Assembly (NCBI GenBank): GCA_038874595.1
Contig: JAVZCB010000006.1
Coordinates: forward strand, 9,599-73,598
DNA: 64,000 nucleotides
Reading direction: 5' to 3'
DNA from: Candidatus Micrarchaeia archaeon
Lineage (GTDB): Archaea; Micrarchaeota; Micrarchaeia; CAILAH01
The notes beneath the pieces were generated by a model, which saw nothing but the letters and a program-made list of their open reading frames with translations, searched no databases and had not been told where the DNA came from. The translations under genes and the position numbers were made by a program. Every line of letters begins with the position of its first letter. The stretch's first letter is position 1. Positions 36,734 through 46,446 of the stretch are shown in pieces.

Positions 36734-37972
36734 TTACTCTGGCAGGCCGTAAACTGCCTTATTGCCAAGCAGGTGCTCAATCTCAAGCAGCCTGTTATAT
36801 TTGGCTAGCCGTTCACCTCTGCACGGTGCACCTGCCTTTATCATACCACAATCAAGCGCAACCGCCAGGTCTGCAATGAACGGGTCGCAGGTCTCACCAG
36901 ACCTGTGGCTTACAACAACACCGCACTTGTTATTTTTACAGAGTGTTGCAGCATCAATTGCCTCTGTAAGTGTCCCTACCTGGTTAACCTTGAGCAGCAG
37001 TGTATCTATTGCACCCTTGTTAATGGCAGTTTCTATACGGCTTACATTTGTAACCGTAAGGTCATCACCTATTACCCTGCATTTGCATTCCTTTTTGAGT
37101 GCCGCGAACGATTCAAAATCCTCCTCATCAAACGGGTCCTCAATGCTAAATATAGGATACTCACTGAGCAATGAGAGGTAATACTCAAGCAGCTTTGGTT
37201 TTGTTAATGATTTTCCATCAATCTTATACTTGCCCTTTGCAAAAAATGACGATGCTGCACAGTCAAGAGATACCTTGACCTCACGTGCATACCCGCTTTT
37301 TTCAATCGCTTTCACTATTAGGTCCAGTGCCTCGCGTGTTTTCCTGATACGCGGTGCAAACCCTCCTTCATCACCTACAGAAGTTGCAGGTTTTCCATAT
37401 TTGGCTTCAATGATTTCTTTGAGTGTATGGTATATCTCAGTGCCCATTCGCATAGCCTCAGAGAAGCTTTTTGCACCCACAGGCACGACCATGAATTCCT
37501 GGATTGCAAGCCCGCTACCGGCATGCTTGCCCCCGTTAATGATATTCATCATAGGGATTGGTAGCCTTGATGCTCCCGGGCATATGCTATCAAACAGCTC
37601 TTTCCCTGTGCATACCGCAGCAGCTCTCGCAACTGCAAGTGATACTGCAGTTGTGGTGTTTGCACCCAGTTTTGACTTGTTTGGTGTCCCATCAAGAGCA
37701 ATAAGTGTTTGGTCGATTTTCTTCTGGTCAGTGCATTCAATCCCACGGATGGCATCACTCACCGCTCGCACATTCTCGATCGCCTTGCTCACACCTTTCC
37801 CGTGGTATGCTGTACCGCCATCGCGCAGCTCGATTGCCTCGTGCTTGCCGGTTGATGCACCGCTTGGCGCATCGGCCCACCCGCTTCCTTCTGGTGTGAG
37901 CACTGTGACGCGCAGTGTAGGGTTACCTCTTGAATCAAAAATCATTCTTGCAGATGCCTCTTTTATTTGCAC
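36734..37972 (-). CDS. eno: enolase
   Basis: IFDSRGNPTLRV, SGASTGKHEA, SHRSGET. Full length, 412 aa. Confidence 0.95.
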   Translation of the reverse strand: MQIKEASARMIFDSRGNPTLRVTVLTPEGSGWADAPSGASTGKHEAIELRDGGTAYHGKGVSKAIENVRAVSDAIRGIECTDQKKIDQTLIALDGTPNKSKLGANTTTAVSLAVARAAAVCTGKELFDSICPGASRLPIPMMNIINGGKHAGSGLAIQEFMVVPVGAKSFSEAMRMGTEIYHTLKEIIEAKYGKPATSVGDEGGFAPRIRKTREALDLIVKAIEKSGYAREVKVSLDCAASSFFAKGKYKIDGKSLTKPKLLEYYLSLLSEYPIFSIEDPFDEEDFESFAALKKECKCRVIGDDLTVTNVSRIETAINKGAIDTLLLKVNQVGTLTEAIDAATLCKNNKCGVVVSHRSGETCDPFIADLAVALDCGMIKAGAPCRGERLAKYNRLLEIEHLLGNKAVYGLPE

Positions 37973-38033
37973 ATCAACACCGGTTAAAATAGCCTCACAA
38001 TTCTTTTAATGCTTAGCATCCCTATTAAGCGGG

Positions 38034-38228
38034 ATGAAGGTTATAATTGATGGGAAGCCGTTCAGGAAAAGCGTGCGCTCCGTTAAGACGGTTGCAGAGC
38101 TGCTTGAGGAAGTGGGAGTTTCACGTGAGAATGCGGTTATCATAATAGATGGTAAGATTGTTACTGAATTTGATTCGGTCGGCCAGGCATCTCGCGTCGA
38201 GATAATAAGGGTATCATCAGGTGGGTAA
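38034..38228 (+). CDS. ThiS/MoaD-family ubiquitin-like sulfur carrier (TtuB/SAMP-like)
   Basis: 64 aa with a beta-grasp pattern, ending in the diagnostic ...IRVSSGG Gly-Gly. Confidence 0.75.
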   Translation: MKVIIDGKPFRKSVRSVKTVAELLEEVGVSRENAVIIIDGKIVTEFDSVGQASRVEIIRVSSGG

Positions 38229-38229
38229 T

Positions 38230-39150
38230 ATGGCAAAATGTTCGTTTTGTGATCAGGATGCAATCATCTACCAGCCATACTCCTGCAAGCTGTTCTGCGG
38301 CAAGCACCTCTCAGACCTCACAGAGAAGAGGGTCGGCAGCAATATGCGCAAGTATGGGATGGTGCGCAACCGCTCGCGTATAGGTGTGGCGGTTTCAGGT
38401 GGGAAGGATAGCCTTACAATGCTTTACATAATGCACAGGCTACTCAGGAAGGACAGGTCACGCAGGTTAATTGCAATAACTGTTGATGAGGGGATACGCC
38501 AGTATAGGGAGAAGGGTATTGAATGTACACGTGAGCTGTGCGATAAGCTCGGTGTGGAACATCACGTATACTCTTTCTCGGATTTTGCAGTCGAAATGGA
38601 TATACTGATGCGCGAGCCCCGGGCAGACCCTTGTAGTTACTGTGGCGTTTTCAGGAGATGGGTGCTTAATCATGTGGCAAAAGAGCATAGGCTTGATGCA
38701 ATCGCAATCGGGCACAACCTTGATGATGTGGTGCAAACTTTTCAGATGAATATAATGCGCAATGAGCCAGTCAGGATTGCAAGGTATAAGCCCAACGGCG
38801 GTCTTGTGTCATGTGATGAGTTCGTGCCGCGTATCCGCCCATTATTTAGTATACCAGAACGCGAGATTATCACGTATGCCCTCCATAATAAAATAAAATT
38901 CCATCGGGATAGGTGCCCGTATGCAGGGTTTGCGCTGCGCAACCCCGTACGGGAATTCATAAATATGATGGAGGAGAAATATCCAGGCACCAAGTTTAGG
39001 ATGCTCAACACCTATCTTTCCCTAATAGACAAATTGCCGGTAGAGGAATATAAGGCACTGGTTAAATGCAATAAGTGTGGGGAACCGTCATCAACAAAAA
39101 CGTGCAAGAGGTGCACGTTGTTATCTTCTATTTCTAAGAAAAACATGTAA
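38230..39150 (+). CDS. PP-loop tRNA 2-thiolation protein (TtuA/NcsA family)
   Basis: N-terminal CSFC...CGKH zinc finger, PP-loop IGVAVSGGKDS, C-terminal CNKCGEP...CKRC zinc finger. Confidence 0.82.
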   Translation: MAKCSFCDQDAIIYQPYSCKLFCGKHLSDLTEKRVGSNMRKYGMVRNRSRIGVAVSGGKDSLTMLYIMHRLLRKDRSRRLIAITVDEGIRQYREKGIECTRELCDKLGVEHHVYSFSDFAVEMDILMREPRADPCSYCGVFRRWVLNHVAKEHRLDAIAIGHNLDDVVQTFQMNIMRNEPVRIARYKPNGGLVSCDEFVPRIRPLFSIPEREIITYALHNKIKFHRDRCPYAGFALRNPVREFINMMEEKYPGTKFRMLNTYLSLIDKLPVEEYKALVKCNKCGEPSSTKTCKRCTLLSSISKKNM

Positions 39151-39344
39151 TGAAAACATATAGGAAAACACATAAATGAAAACATTTAAAGAGAGTACAT
39201 TATTATCTTCTACTTGTACTAAGTAAAGTGTAGAATGGATGCAGGCTAATACACATAGCCGCAAAAGGATTGTTCGCAGCCTATCACGTTTTTATATGTT
39301 TTGCATTTTAATAGTGCATTGGTATTCTATTATATAGGTGATAT

Positions 39345-40079
39345 ATGATGTATCCGGTTTCTCCGCAGGCATATGACCGCGCCATTACGGTGTTCAGCCC
39401 AGACGGCCGCCTGTTCCAGGTGGAGTATGCAAAAGAGGCAGTGAAAAGGGGCAGCACTGCAGTTGGCCTGGTTTGCAAGGATGGTGTGGCACTTGTTGCA
39501 AACAGGTTTGTGCAGAACGACCTGCTTGTTCTTGATTCAGTGAGGAAGATACACGTGATTGATGATAATATTATTGCAACCTCCTCAGGCCTTGCTGCTG
39601 ATGCTAGGAGGCTTATTGATATGGCACGTGTGGAAGCGCAGAAGCACCGCATTACGTATTCAGAGCCGATAAGCGTGCTTGACCTGAGCAGGAGGATTGC
39701 AGATACAATACAAATTTACACACAGTATGGTGGGATTAGGCCATTTGGAGTTTCAATGCTGTTCACCGGCGTAAATGATAATGCAGCCACACTTTACGAG
39801 GTAGAGCCGAGCGGTGCATACACAGGTTACTATGCTGCAGGTGTAGGCTCAAACAAAGAGGGTGTTGAGAAGTTCTTTGCTGAGAACTATAACCAAAACA
39901 TATCCGTGGATGAAGGTATTGTATTGGCACTTAAGGCATTATTGCAAAACACGAGCGGTGACGAGTCAAAGCATTTCAACGAGAATTCGCTTGATGTTGC
40001 AGTAGTTTATAAGAAAGAAAAGAAAGCGCGCTACCTTGCACCCGGTGACTTGAAAAAGTACTTGGCCAAGGTGAAGTAA
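39345..40079 (+). CDS. psmA: proteasome subunit alpha
   Basis: [32 protein letters not shown]. Confidence 0.95.
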   Translation: MMYPVSPQAYDRAITVFSPDGRLFQVEYAKEAVKRGSTAVGLVCKDGVALVANRFVQNDLLVLDSVRKIHVIDDNIIATSSGLAADARRLIDMARVEAQKHRITYSEPISVLDLSRRIADTIQIYTQYGGIRPFGVSMLFTGVNDNAATLYEVEPSGAYTGYYAAGVGSNKEGVEKFFAENYNQNISVDEGIVLALKALLQNTSGDESKHFNENSLDVAVVYKKEKKARYLAPGDLKKYLAKVK

Positions 40080-40083
40080 AAGT

Positions 40084-40782
40084 ATGGTTTCATTGGATAA
40101 TGCCGTGATATTACGGCTTGAGAAAAACGGCGAGCGGTTTGAGATTTTCGCAGACCCGGTTAAGGTGGTTGAGTACCGTAAGGGTGCTCAGATACCGCTT
40201 AACGAAGTGCTTGCAGCGTTTGAAGTGTTTAAGGATGGAAGGAAGGGAGATACGCAGTCTGATGAGGTGCTGAAACGCAATTTTGGTACCACCGCGTTTG
40301 AGGCGATTGCAAAAGAGATACTGCTCAAGGGCGAGCTGCATTTAACAACCGAGCAGAAACGAAAACAGCTTGAGGAGAAGCGTGCCAAGGTTATACAGTA
40401 TATTGCACAGAATTATATTGACCCGCGCACGAACGCACCTCACCCTGTTAAAAGGATTGAGCTTGCAATGGAAGAGGCAAAGGTTCACATAGATGCGGGC
40501 AAGAGTGCAGAGGCGCAGATTGAGGATGTGCTCAAGAAGCTGCGTCCAATCCTCCCGTTAAAGTTTGAGGTTGTACGCATCGCTGTCAAGGTGCCACCCG
40601 CACATGCGCACCACGCGTATGGTGTAATAAAGGAGTTCAGCCCAAAGAAAGAAGAATGGCTTAATGACGGCTCGCTCATTGCGCTTATTGAAATCCCACC
40701 TGGAATGCAGAGTGTCTTGTTTGATAAGCTGAATAAGATTACGCACGGTGATGTCCAGACAAAAATCCTGGATAAGCAATGA
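40084..40782 (+). CDS. sdo1: SBDS-family ribosome maturation protein
   Basis: [28 protein letters not shown]... Conserved position after psmA. Confidence 0.88.
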   Translation: MVSLDNAVILRLEKNGERFEIFADPVKVVEYRKGAQIPLNEVLAAFEVFKDGRKGDTQSDEVLKRNFGTTAFEAIAKEILLKGELHLTTEQKRKQLEEKRAKVIQYIAQNYIDPRTNAPHPVKRIELAMEEAKVHIDAGKSAEAQIEDVLKKLRPILPLKFEVVRIAVKVPPAHAHHAYGVIKEFSPKKEEWLNDGSLIALIEIPPGMQSVLFDKLNKITHGDVQTKILDKQ

Positions 40783-40798
40783 TTATGAAGGTGAATTT

Positions 40799-41410
40799 AT
40801 GAGGAAATTGGTTTTCCCGGGCGATTTGCTCTTTGATGGGCAGCTGCGCACACGGGGTGTATATGTTGAGAATGGAAAAAGCTACGCATCCCTCATAGGG
40901 CTATATGATGACAGCACGAAAGCGTTTATACCTCTTGAGGGTGCTTATGAGCCGCAAGAGGGCGACCTTTTGATAGGTGTTGTCAGCGATGTAAGGCCAA
41001 ATGGCTATTATATTGATGCAGGGATGCCAAACGAATCTTTTCTATCAAGTAAGGATTACAAAGAGCCTCTTGAGGTTGGTGATATAATAATTGCGAAGGT
41101 ACGCGGTGTTGATGAGGTGAGGAGTGTTACCATTTCAGACCCCGCAGTGTTGCGTGGCGGTAATATAATCCACGTCTCACCTGTTAAGATACCCAGGATA
41201 ATTGGGAAGAAAGGGTCAATGCTGATGCAGATTAAAGAAGCAACAAAATCCAAGATTGTGGTTGGCAAGAATGGCTGGATATGGATAAGTGGCGGTGACA
41301 CGTATCTTGCAACCAAGGCAATACTTAAGATAGAGTCTGAGGCGCATACGAGCGGGCTCACTGAGAAGATTGCTGAGTTTTTGAAAAAAGGTGGTAAGAA
41401 TGTCGAGTGA
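40799..41410 (+). CDS. rrp4: exosome RNA-binding subunit Rrp4 (S1 + KH)
   Basis: LVFPGDLL...GDLLIGVVSDVRPNGYYIDAG (S1) and IGKKGSMLMQIKEATKSKIVVGKNGWIWI (KH). ATG 40799 follows AAGGTGA. Confidence 0.88.
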   Translation: MRKLVFPGDLLFDGQLRTRGVYVENGKSYASLIGLYDDSTKAFIPLEGAYEPQEGDLLIGVVSDVRPNGYYIDAGMPNESFLSSKDYKEPLEVGDIIIAKVRGVDEVRSVTISDPAVLRGGNIIHVSPVKIPRIIGKKGSMLMQIKEATKSKIVVGKNGWIWISGGDTYLATKAILKIESEAHTSGLTEKIAEFLKKGGKNVE

Positions 41411-42176
41411 TGAGAATATTGAGGCAAAAGAGGTAGGTTCACACGCAGAGATTAAGCTGCTTGTTGACGGGCGCAGGGTTGATGGCAGGGCGTTGGATGA
41501 GATGCGGCCGCTAAAGATACAGGCAGGGTTGTTGCACAAGGCAGACGGTTCTGCGCTTGTTGAGTGGGGCGGCAATAAGGTGCTTGCAGCAGTATACGGG
41601 CCGCGTGTATGCCTGCCGAAACGTGAGAGCAGCCCGTACCGTGCAAAACTATCCTGCAGGTATCTCATGTCACCGTTTGCATCTAAAGATGAGCACGGCA
41701 AGGCGGGACCAAACAGGAGGTCAATCGAGCTATCCATGGTGCTAAGGCAGGCGCTTGAAAATGTTGTTATGCTTGAGATGTACCCACAATCGATGATTGA
41801 TGTGTTTATAGAGGTGTTGCAGGCATCTGGTGGTACGCGGTGCGCATCACTTGTTGCAGCTTCAGTTGCACTTGCAAATGCAGGCATTCCAATGAAGGAC
41901 ATGCCGGTTGCGGTTGCTGCTGGCAAGATTGAAAATGAGATATGCCTGGATGTAGGCAAGGAGGAGGATAACTATGGGCAGGCAGATGTGCCGATAGGCT
42001 TATGCCCACGCAATAAGGATATAATTCTCCTGCAAATGGATGGCCGGCTGACAAAGGACGAAGTAATGAAAGCTCTGGATTATGCAGAGCGTGCAGCACC
42101 TATTATTCATGCTGCACAGGTGAAGGCGCTTGAGGAGGCGTACAGCCAGAGCGGCAGTGAAGAGGAGGAAGGGTGA
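41400..42176 (+). CDS. rrp41: exosome RNase PH subunit Rrp41
   Basis: DGRRVDGRALDEMRPLKIQAGLLHKADGSALVEWGGNKVLAAVYGPR. Confidence 0.92.
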   Translation: MSSDENIEAKEVGSHAEIKLLVDGRRVDGRALDEMRPLKIQAGLLHKADGSALVEWGGNKVLAAVYGPRVCLPKRESSPYRAKLSCRYLMSPFASKDEHGKAGPNRRSIELSMVLRQALENVVMLEMYPQSMIDVFIEVLQASGGTRCASLVAASVALANAGIPMKDMPVAVAAGKIENEICLDVGKEEDNYGQADVPIGLCPRNKDIILLQMDGRLTKDEVMKALDYAERAAPIIHAAQVKALEEAYSQSGSEEEEG

Positions 42177-42181
42177 TATTA

Positions 42182-42952
42182 ATGGAAGCAATAGATGAAA
42201 TGACAAAATCTTATGTTGAGGTCCTTCTGAGTAAAGGTGAGCGTGCTGACAGGCGCGGTGCGTTTGAGATACGCCCGATAGAAGTGAAGAAAGGCATAAT
42301 TGAGAGCTCAGATGGGTCTGCGTGGGTCAAATGGGGTGAGACGCAGGTGCTTGCATCCGTTAAGTTTGATATCGCAACACCTTTCCCTGACAGGCCGACT
42401 GAAGGTGTCTTATCAACAACTGCTGAGTTGCTGCCCATGGCAAACCCGCGGTTTGAGCCTGGGCCTCCCGATGAGCGTGCTATTGAGCTTGCGCGTGTTG
42501 TTGACCGTGCAATACGTAGTGCAGAGATAATCGATTTGAAGTCAATGTTTATTGAGGAAGGCAGAGTGTATGCAGTTTACATAGACATATACGTGCTCGA
42601 TTATGACGGCAATTACATAGATGCGGCATCTCTTGCTGCAATGGCAGCGCTCAGGGATGCGCGCGTGCCGCCTGTAAAAGATGGCAAGCTTAACCGTGAA
42701 GAGAAAGGAGTTCCGTTAAAGCTCTCTGGCAACGCGTTGGAGTTTACATTTGTGAAGGTAGGGAACCATCTCATTCTCGACCCGTCTCTTGATGAGGAGC
42801 GCGCGCTTGATACCCGTATAACTATAGGTGTGTGCGGTGATTTGGTGTGCTCAATACAAAAAACCGGGAGAGGCGCAATTACACGAGCGGAACTTGATAA
42901 GATGATAGATGTCTCTTTTGGAAAGTTTAAGGAGCTTGAGAAATATCTTTGA
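42182..42952 (+). CDS. rrp42: exosome RNase PH-like subunit Rrp42
   Basis: GERADRRGAFEIRPIEVKKGIIESSDGSAWVKWGETQVLASVK. ATG follows GGAGGAAGGGTGA. Confidence 0.9.
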   Translation: MEAIDEMTKSYVEVLLSKGERADRRGAFEIRPIEVKKGIIESSDGSAWVKWGETQVLASVKFDIATPFPDRPTEGVLSTTAELLPMANPRFEPGPPDERAIELARVVDRAIRSAEIIDLKSMFIEEGRVYAVYIDIYVLDYDGNYIDAASLAAMAALRDARVPPVKDGKLNREEKGVPLKLSGNALEFTFVKVGNHLILDPSLDEERALDTRITIGVCGDLVCSIQKTGRGAITRAELDKMIDVSFGKFKELEKYL

Positions 42953-42976
42953 ACAACCTTTTTCCACTCTAATAAA

Positions 42977-43963
42977 TTACTTTTTTGTCAGTTTCTCTTT
43001 AAGGAGCTTTATCTCATCATCATTCATATGCGCCCCGTGCTCCTTAAGCAGGCTTGCAATCTCCTTGTTTCTCTTTACAATCCGTGCAAAAAACAGCGGG
43101 CTCATACAGCTTGCGGTGGATAGGTTTACGTTTGCACCTTTGTTTATGAGCAGTTTTATTACATCGTAAAGCTCGTAGTTTATTGCTACAAATAATGCAG
43201 TTGTGCCATCAGCCGCCTGATAGTTTACATTTGCATTCTTCTCTAGTAATAATTTCGTAATATGTATATTTCGTGTTGCAATCGCGTACATCAATGCAGT
43301 TCTACCTTCAACGGTGTGTGCGTCCAGCTCGCACCCAAGATGGATAAGCTGTTCCGCAAATGTATCATACCCTTTCTCAATCGCAAATATAAGCGGGGTT
43401 ATGTTTTGGCTCATGCGTGCATTGATATTTGCGCCGCTTTTTACCAGCTCATCAAAAACATCGCTGTGCTCATACTCAATAGAAATAAAGATTGGTGTCT
43501 TTCCGTCAGGTAGTCTTGGTTCAAGGTAACACCCGCTATCAATAAGTTTTCTTACAATGTTCTTATCCCCCTTTTTCGTAGCAATTGCAAGTGCAGTCCA
43601 CCCGTCATCCCGCGCAATCGATGTGCTAGCACCGTTCTTAAGCAAAATTTCCATAACATCTAAACTTCTTCTCTCAATTGCAGTTATAAGTGCAGTGTTA
43701 CCTTCAAATCCTTTTGAGTTTATGTCTGCACCACTAGCTAACGCTCTCCGCAGCATCTTGACATTGTTTGTTTCAGCTGCTCTATGAAGCAACTCATTTG
43801 CAACCTTCCACCTCTCCATAGCGTTGCTTTCATTATTATCGTGATGTGGCAATATCTTGCGAAAAGCATCACCTATAAATTTTACAGCTTGCTTAGGAAA
43901 TGATGCTTTTTCATCTGAGTTTGTCTTCTCATGATCATCTTTAAAATTATTTTTTGCGGCCAT
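42977..43963 (-). CDS. ankyrin-repeat protein
   Basis: About 7-8 ANK units (GNTALITAIERRSLDVMEILLKNGAS, GRTALMYAIATRNIHITKLLLEKNANVN ...). Confidence 0.88.
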   Translation of the reverse strand: MAAKNNFKDDHEKTNSDEKASFPKQAVKFIGDAFRKILPHHDNNESNAMERWKVANELLHRAAETNNVKMLRRALASGADINSKGFEGNTALITAIERRSLDVMEILLKNGASTSIARDDGWTALAIATKKGDKNIVRKLIDSGCYLEPRLPDGKTPIFISIEYEHSDVFDELVKSGANINARMSQNITPLIFAIEKGYDTFAEQLIHLGCELDAHTVEGRTALMYAIATRNIHITKLLLEKNANVNYQAADGTTALFVAINYELYDVIKLLINKGANVNLSTASCMSPLFFARIVKRNKEIASLLKEHGAHMNDDEIKLLKEKLTKK

Positions 43964-44317
43964 ATCTTTTTTTCATGATTTTGTTTTAATAAATGTTATG
44001 TTTTAGCGTTTCTTGGATAATTTGCATGTGCATCGCCAGCGTAACAAATGCAAAATTGTTATTCACAAACATTGTTTCATCAATTTACGTGCGCCCTCAA
44101 CCACAAAGCCTCAATGCTTGTTTTTGTTTGAAATCACCACGTCGACAGGCCAATTTGATTTCCTTGCAATTTTAGGCTTCCATTTTATGAGATCAGCATA
44201 GTCACACCGTCTCTTATTGCATAAACGCACTAAGCTTTTGGCACGCTGCTTGCCACGGCTTCACAATAACTTTTCGTGCATTTGTATGCTTATAAGTGTT
44301 TTTACATAACTAAAGTT

Positions 44318-45118
44318 ATGAAACCCATCAAGCAGGTATTGTTTTTTTTGTTGATTTATACCACGGTTGCTTTTTCGTACATTAATGAGGCATACCAGTG
44401 CCCAGGGTTACCTGAGGGCAGTCACGAGCGTGAGTATGATTGCATAATGGTTGGTGGAATGCCTTGCATGGCAACAACCATCCCTGGTGTATGCGAAGGC
44501 GAGCCGGACCCTAACCATCCTGAATGGGGGCCGGTTGCGTGGTGGAGTGTTTCTGATGGCACTGAGAAATGCAACTGCCCATATACGCTTGCAAACAAGT
44601 GCTACGGCAAGTATGATGATCCTAATTTTTGCCCAAGAACAGTTTGCATTGGCACGACAATAAAGAAAAACGGTAGATGCGACCCTAAAACTGGGGGCTG
44701 CGCTTATGATGAAGGGTACTGTGAATTTGGGTGCAATGCGGAAGGGACAGATTGTGCATTGGAAAAGCCAGCTAAACCATCTGAAGCTTACCAGAAAGGT
44801 GATGGCATATGCTCAATCACCTTGGGTGAAAGGTGTGATAATAGCCCGCAGGATTGTATTTGTATAGGTGGCAAGTCGTGCAAGCCGAACGCCCAGGATG
44901 CGGATGATGCTGGGTGCGCACGTGATATAAATAGCGAATGTGGTGACGAGTACCATTACTGCGATACAGCTGCTGGTGAGAATTGTGCAACGTGCAGTTC
45001 TGACTGCAAATGTGATGCCGGCTATGTGTGCAACCCAACCTCTGCGGATGCAAATTATATGGGCTGTGCAAGGATAGAAGCGAAAACGGAGGAGGGGGGA
45101 GATCGTATGTGGCAGTGA
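44318..45118 (+). CDS. Cys-rich exported protein, probable N-terminal part of a frameshifted gene
   Basis: Signal MKPIKQVLFFLLIYTTVAFS. Repeated GE(R/N)C..(P/S)(Q/S)DC.C..G..C.P......(A/M)GCAR modules. Stops 19 nt after a G6 run while the next frame stays open. Confidence 0.6.
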   Translation: MKPIKQVLFFLLIYTTVAFSYINEAYQCPGLPEGSHEREYDCIMVGGMPCMATTIPGVCEGEPDPNHPEWGPVAWWSVSDGTEKCNCPYTLANKCYGKYDDPNFCPRTVCIGTTIKKNGRCDPKTGGCAYDEGYCEFGCNAEGTDCALEKPAKPSEAYQKGDGICSITLGERCDNSPQDCICIGGKSCKPNAQDADDAGCARDINSECGDEYHYCDTAAGENCATCSSDCKCDAGYVCNPTSADANYMGCARIEAKTEEGGDRMWQ

Positions 45119-45173
45119 AGTATGCAAAAGGTTCTGCCTTAAGGATTACAGGTATGACATAAAAAGCGGCCAG

Positions 45174-46082
45174 TTGGTTCCTGCGGATTATTCAATGGTC
45201 CCTGTTAGATGCACTGAAGGAGTACGGTGTACTTATGCGCCGGCAATGTACTGCAAGACGGGTTGCAATAGCAATACAGGCAAGTGCCTGCCAGAAACTG
45301 CAAGTGCAGATGGGTGCATTGAGGACGGTGAATATGTAATCCAGTCAAGTTCTGGTAAATTGCCGGTAAAGCGTGTAATCAACAGGGATGGTGCATCTGA
45401 AATAACAACATTACAGCTGCTAAACCACGCCAAGCACTGCGTTGGAGATTACATATCAACTGATGCGGATACGAAAGTTTGGATAAGGCACAAGAATGGC
45501 ATGATTTCTTACATAGGGCCGGGCTCGCAGTATATTGACGGTGCGCGCGGCAAGAATGTTATAGAGGCAAAAGGCAAGGTGCAAGTAAAAAACCCAGGCG
45601 CACCAACCGAGGAGGAAAAAGGTATTGTTACGCTAGTTCCTCTGCAAATTGCCGCTGAGATACAACAAGGAACTGATTATGGTACTGTTTCCCATATTCA
45701 TCCTGACTTGAGAGATTTCTACATAAAGAATACATTAAAGGGAGGTCCTATTGACATATGGATATATAACCAGCACTCTAACGTTATATACGAGATATAT
45801 GATGACTACGAAACTGTAACTGTGCTTGAAGGAGAAGTTGTTGCAATAGACCTGAAAACAAAGAAACAGTTTTCAATTACAGCCGGAAAACAGCTAACAC
45901 ACAAGCTCGGGCAAGAGGTTGGGCCAAACGTCGAGGAAAACATTAAAGATGTAGATTTAAATAAGATTGAAGATAACTCAACACCTCCAGAGCAAGGAGT
46001 AAGCACGAGCGGTGGTATATGTACAATTGGGTTGAGTATGGTCTTGATTTTGGGAGGTCTCTATATAATAAAAAAGGATTGA
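45174..46082 (+). CDS. Cys-rich / FecR-like beta-sandwich protein with a C-terminal anchor, probable C-terminal part of the same gene
   Basis: Its frame is open from 45078 and encodes more Cys-rich sequence (EIVCGSEVCKRFCLKDY...) before the listed TTG. It has no signal peptide of its own. FecR-like VGDYISTDADTKVWIRHKNGMISYIGPGSQY. C-terminus GGICTIGLSMVLILGGLYIIKKD. Confidence 0.6.
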   Translation: MVPADYSMVPVRCTEGVRCTYAPAMYCKTGCNSNTGKCLPETASADGCIEDGEYVIQSSSGKLPVKRVINRDGASEITTLQLLNHAKHCVGDYISTDADTKVWIRHKNGMISYIGPGSQYIDGARGKNVIEAKGKVQVKNPGAPTEEEKGIVTLVPLQIAAEIQQGTDYGTVSHIHPDLRDFYIKNTLKGGPIDIWIYNQHSNVIYEIYDDYETVTVLEGEVVAIDLKTKKQFSITAGKQLTHKLGQEVGPNVEENIKDVDLNKIEDNSTPPEQGVSTSGGICTIGLSMVLILGGLYIIKKD

Positions 46083-46100
46083 TTAAACAAAAACTTAATT

Positions 46101-46388
46101 TCACTTTTTTATTAAAATGAGCAATAGCAAGGTCCCTAGTATAAACGCACCTATTTTACATTCAATTGGATTTTTGATATCGCTCTTATCGATATGCCCT
46201 GAGTATTTATTAATGGTTTCAGCCGTGCAGTTTGAAACACATTCATTATAGCCTGGCTGTGGTTTCCAGCACCTGTCCCATTCCTTATCCCATTTTCCCT
46301 TGTAATCTTTGCAGCATTGCACCTCGCAATTTGTGCCTGCAAAAAGAAGGCCTGCAAGCAATACAAGTATCAGTATTGTTTTAAGCAT
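46101..46388 (-). CDS. small Cys-rich exported protein with a Cys-Gly C-terminal anchor
   Basis: Start set to ATG 46388 (MLKTILILVLLAGLLFAGTNC), with a TATA-like TTTTAAAATT 24-36 nt upstream. C-terminus PIECKIGAFILGTLLLLILIKK. Confidence 0.6.
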   Translation of the reverse strand: MLKTILILVLLAGLLFAGTNCEVQCCKDYKGKWDKEWDRCWKPQPGYNECVSNCTAETINKYSGHIDKSDIKNPIECKIGAFILGTLLLLILIKK

Positions 46389-46446
46389 ATTATCCCCCAT
46401 AATAATATCTCTATTAATTTTAAAACAGGAAGCACGCATATTTAAT

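Noticed and set aside
37230-38009. 259-aa + ORF. Similar long antisense ORFs occur at 41216..41959, 25896..26540, 12410..12982, 22664..23299, 57377..57883, 4503..5308 and 36762..37181
   Set aside because: Each is antisense to a confidently identified gene (enolase, Rrp41, aEF1A, Nop5, IleRS, the FecR-like protein, KaiC-like ATPase). All have Ser/Pro/Ala/Leu-rich shadow-ORF composition.
43993-44201. Two overlapping 60-62-aa + ORFs in the 350-bp spacer left of the accessory block
   Set aside because: No start context, an odd Cys/Phe/Ile-rich composition, and mutual overlap in different frames. They are probably non-coding or a decayed remnant.
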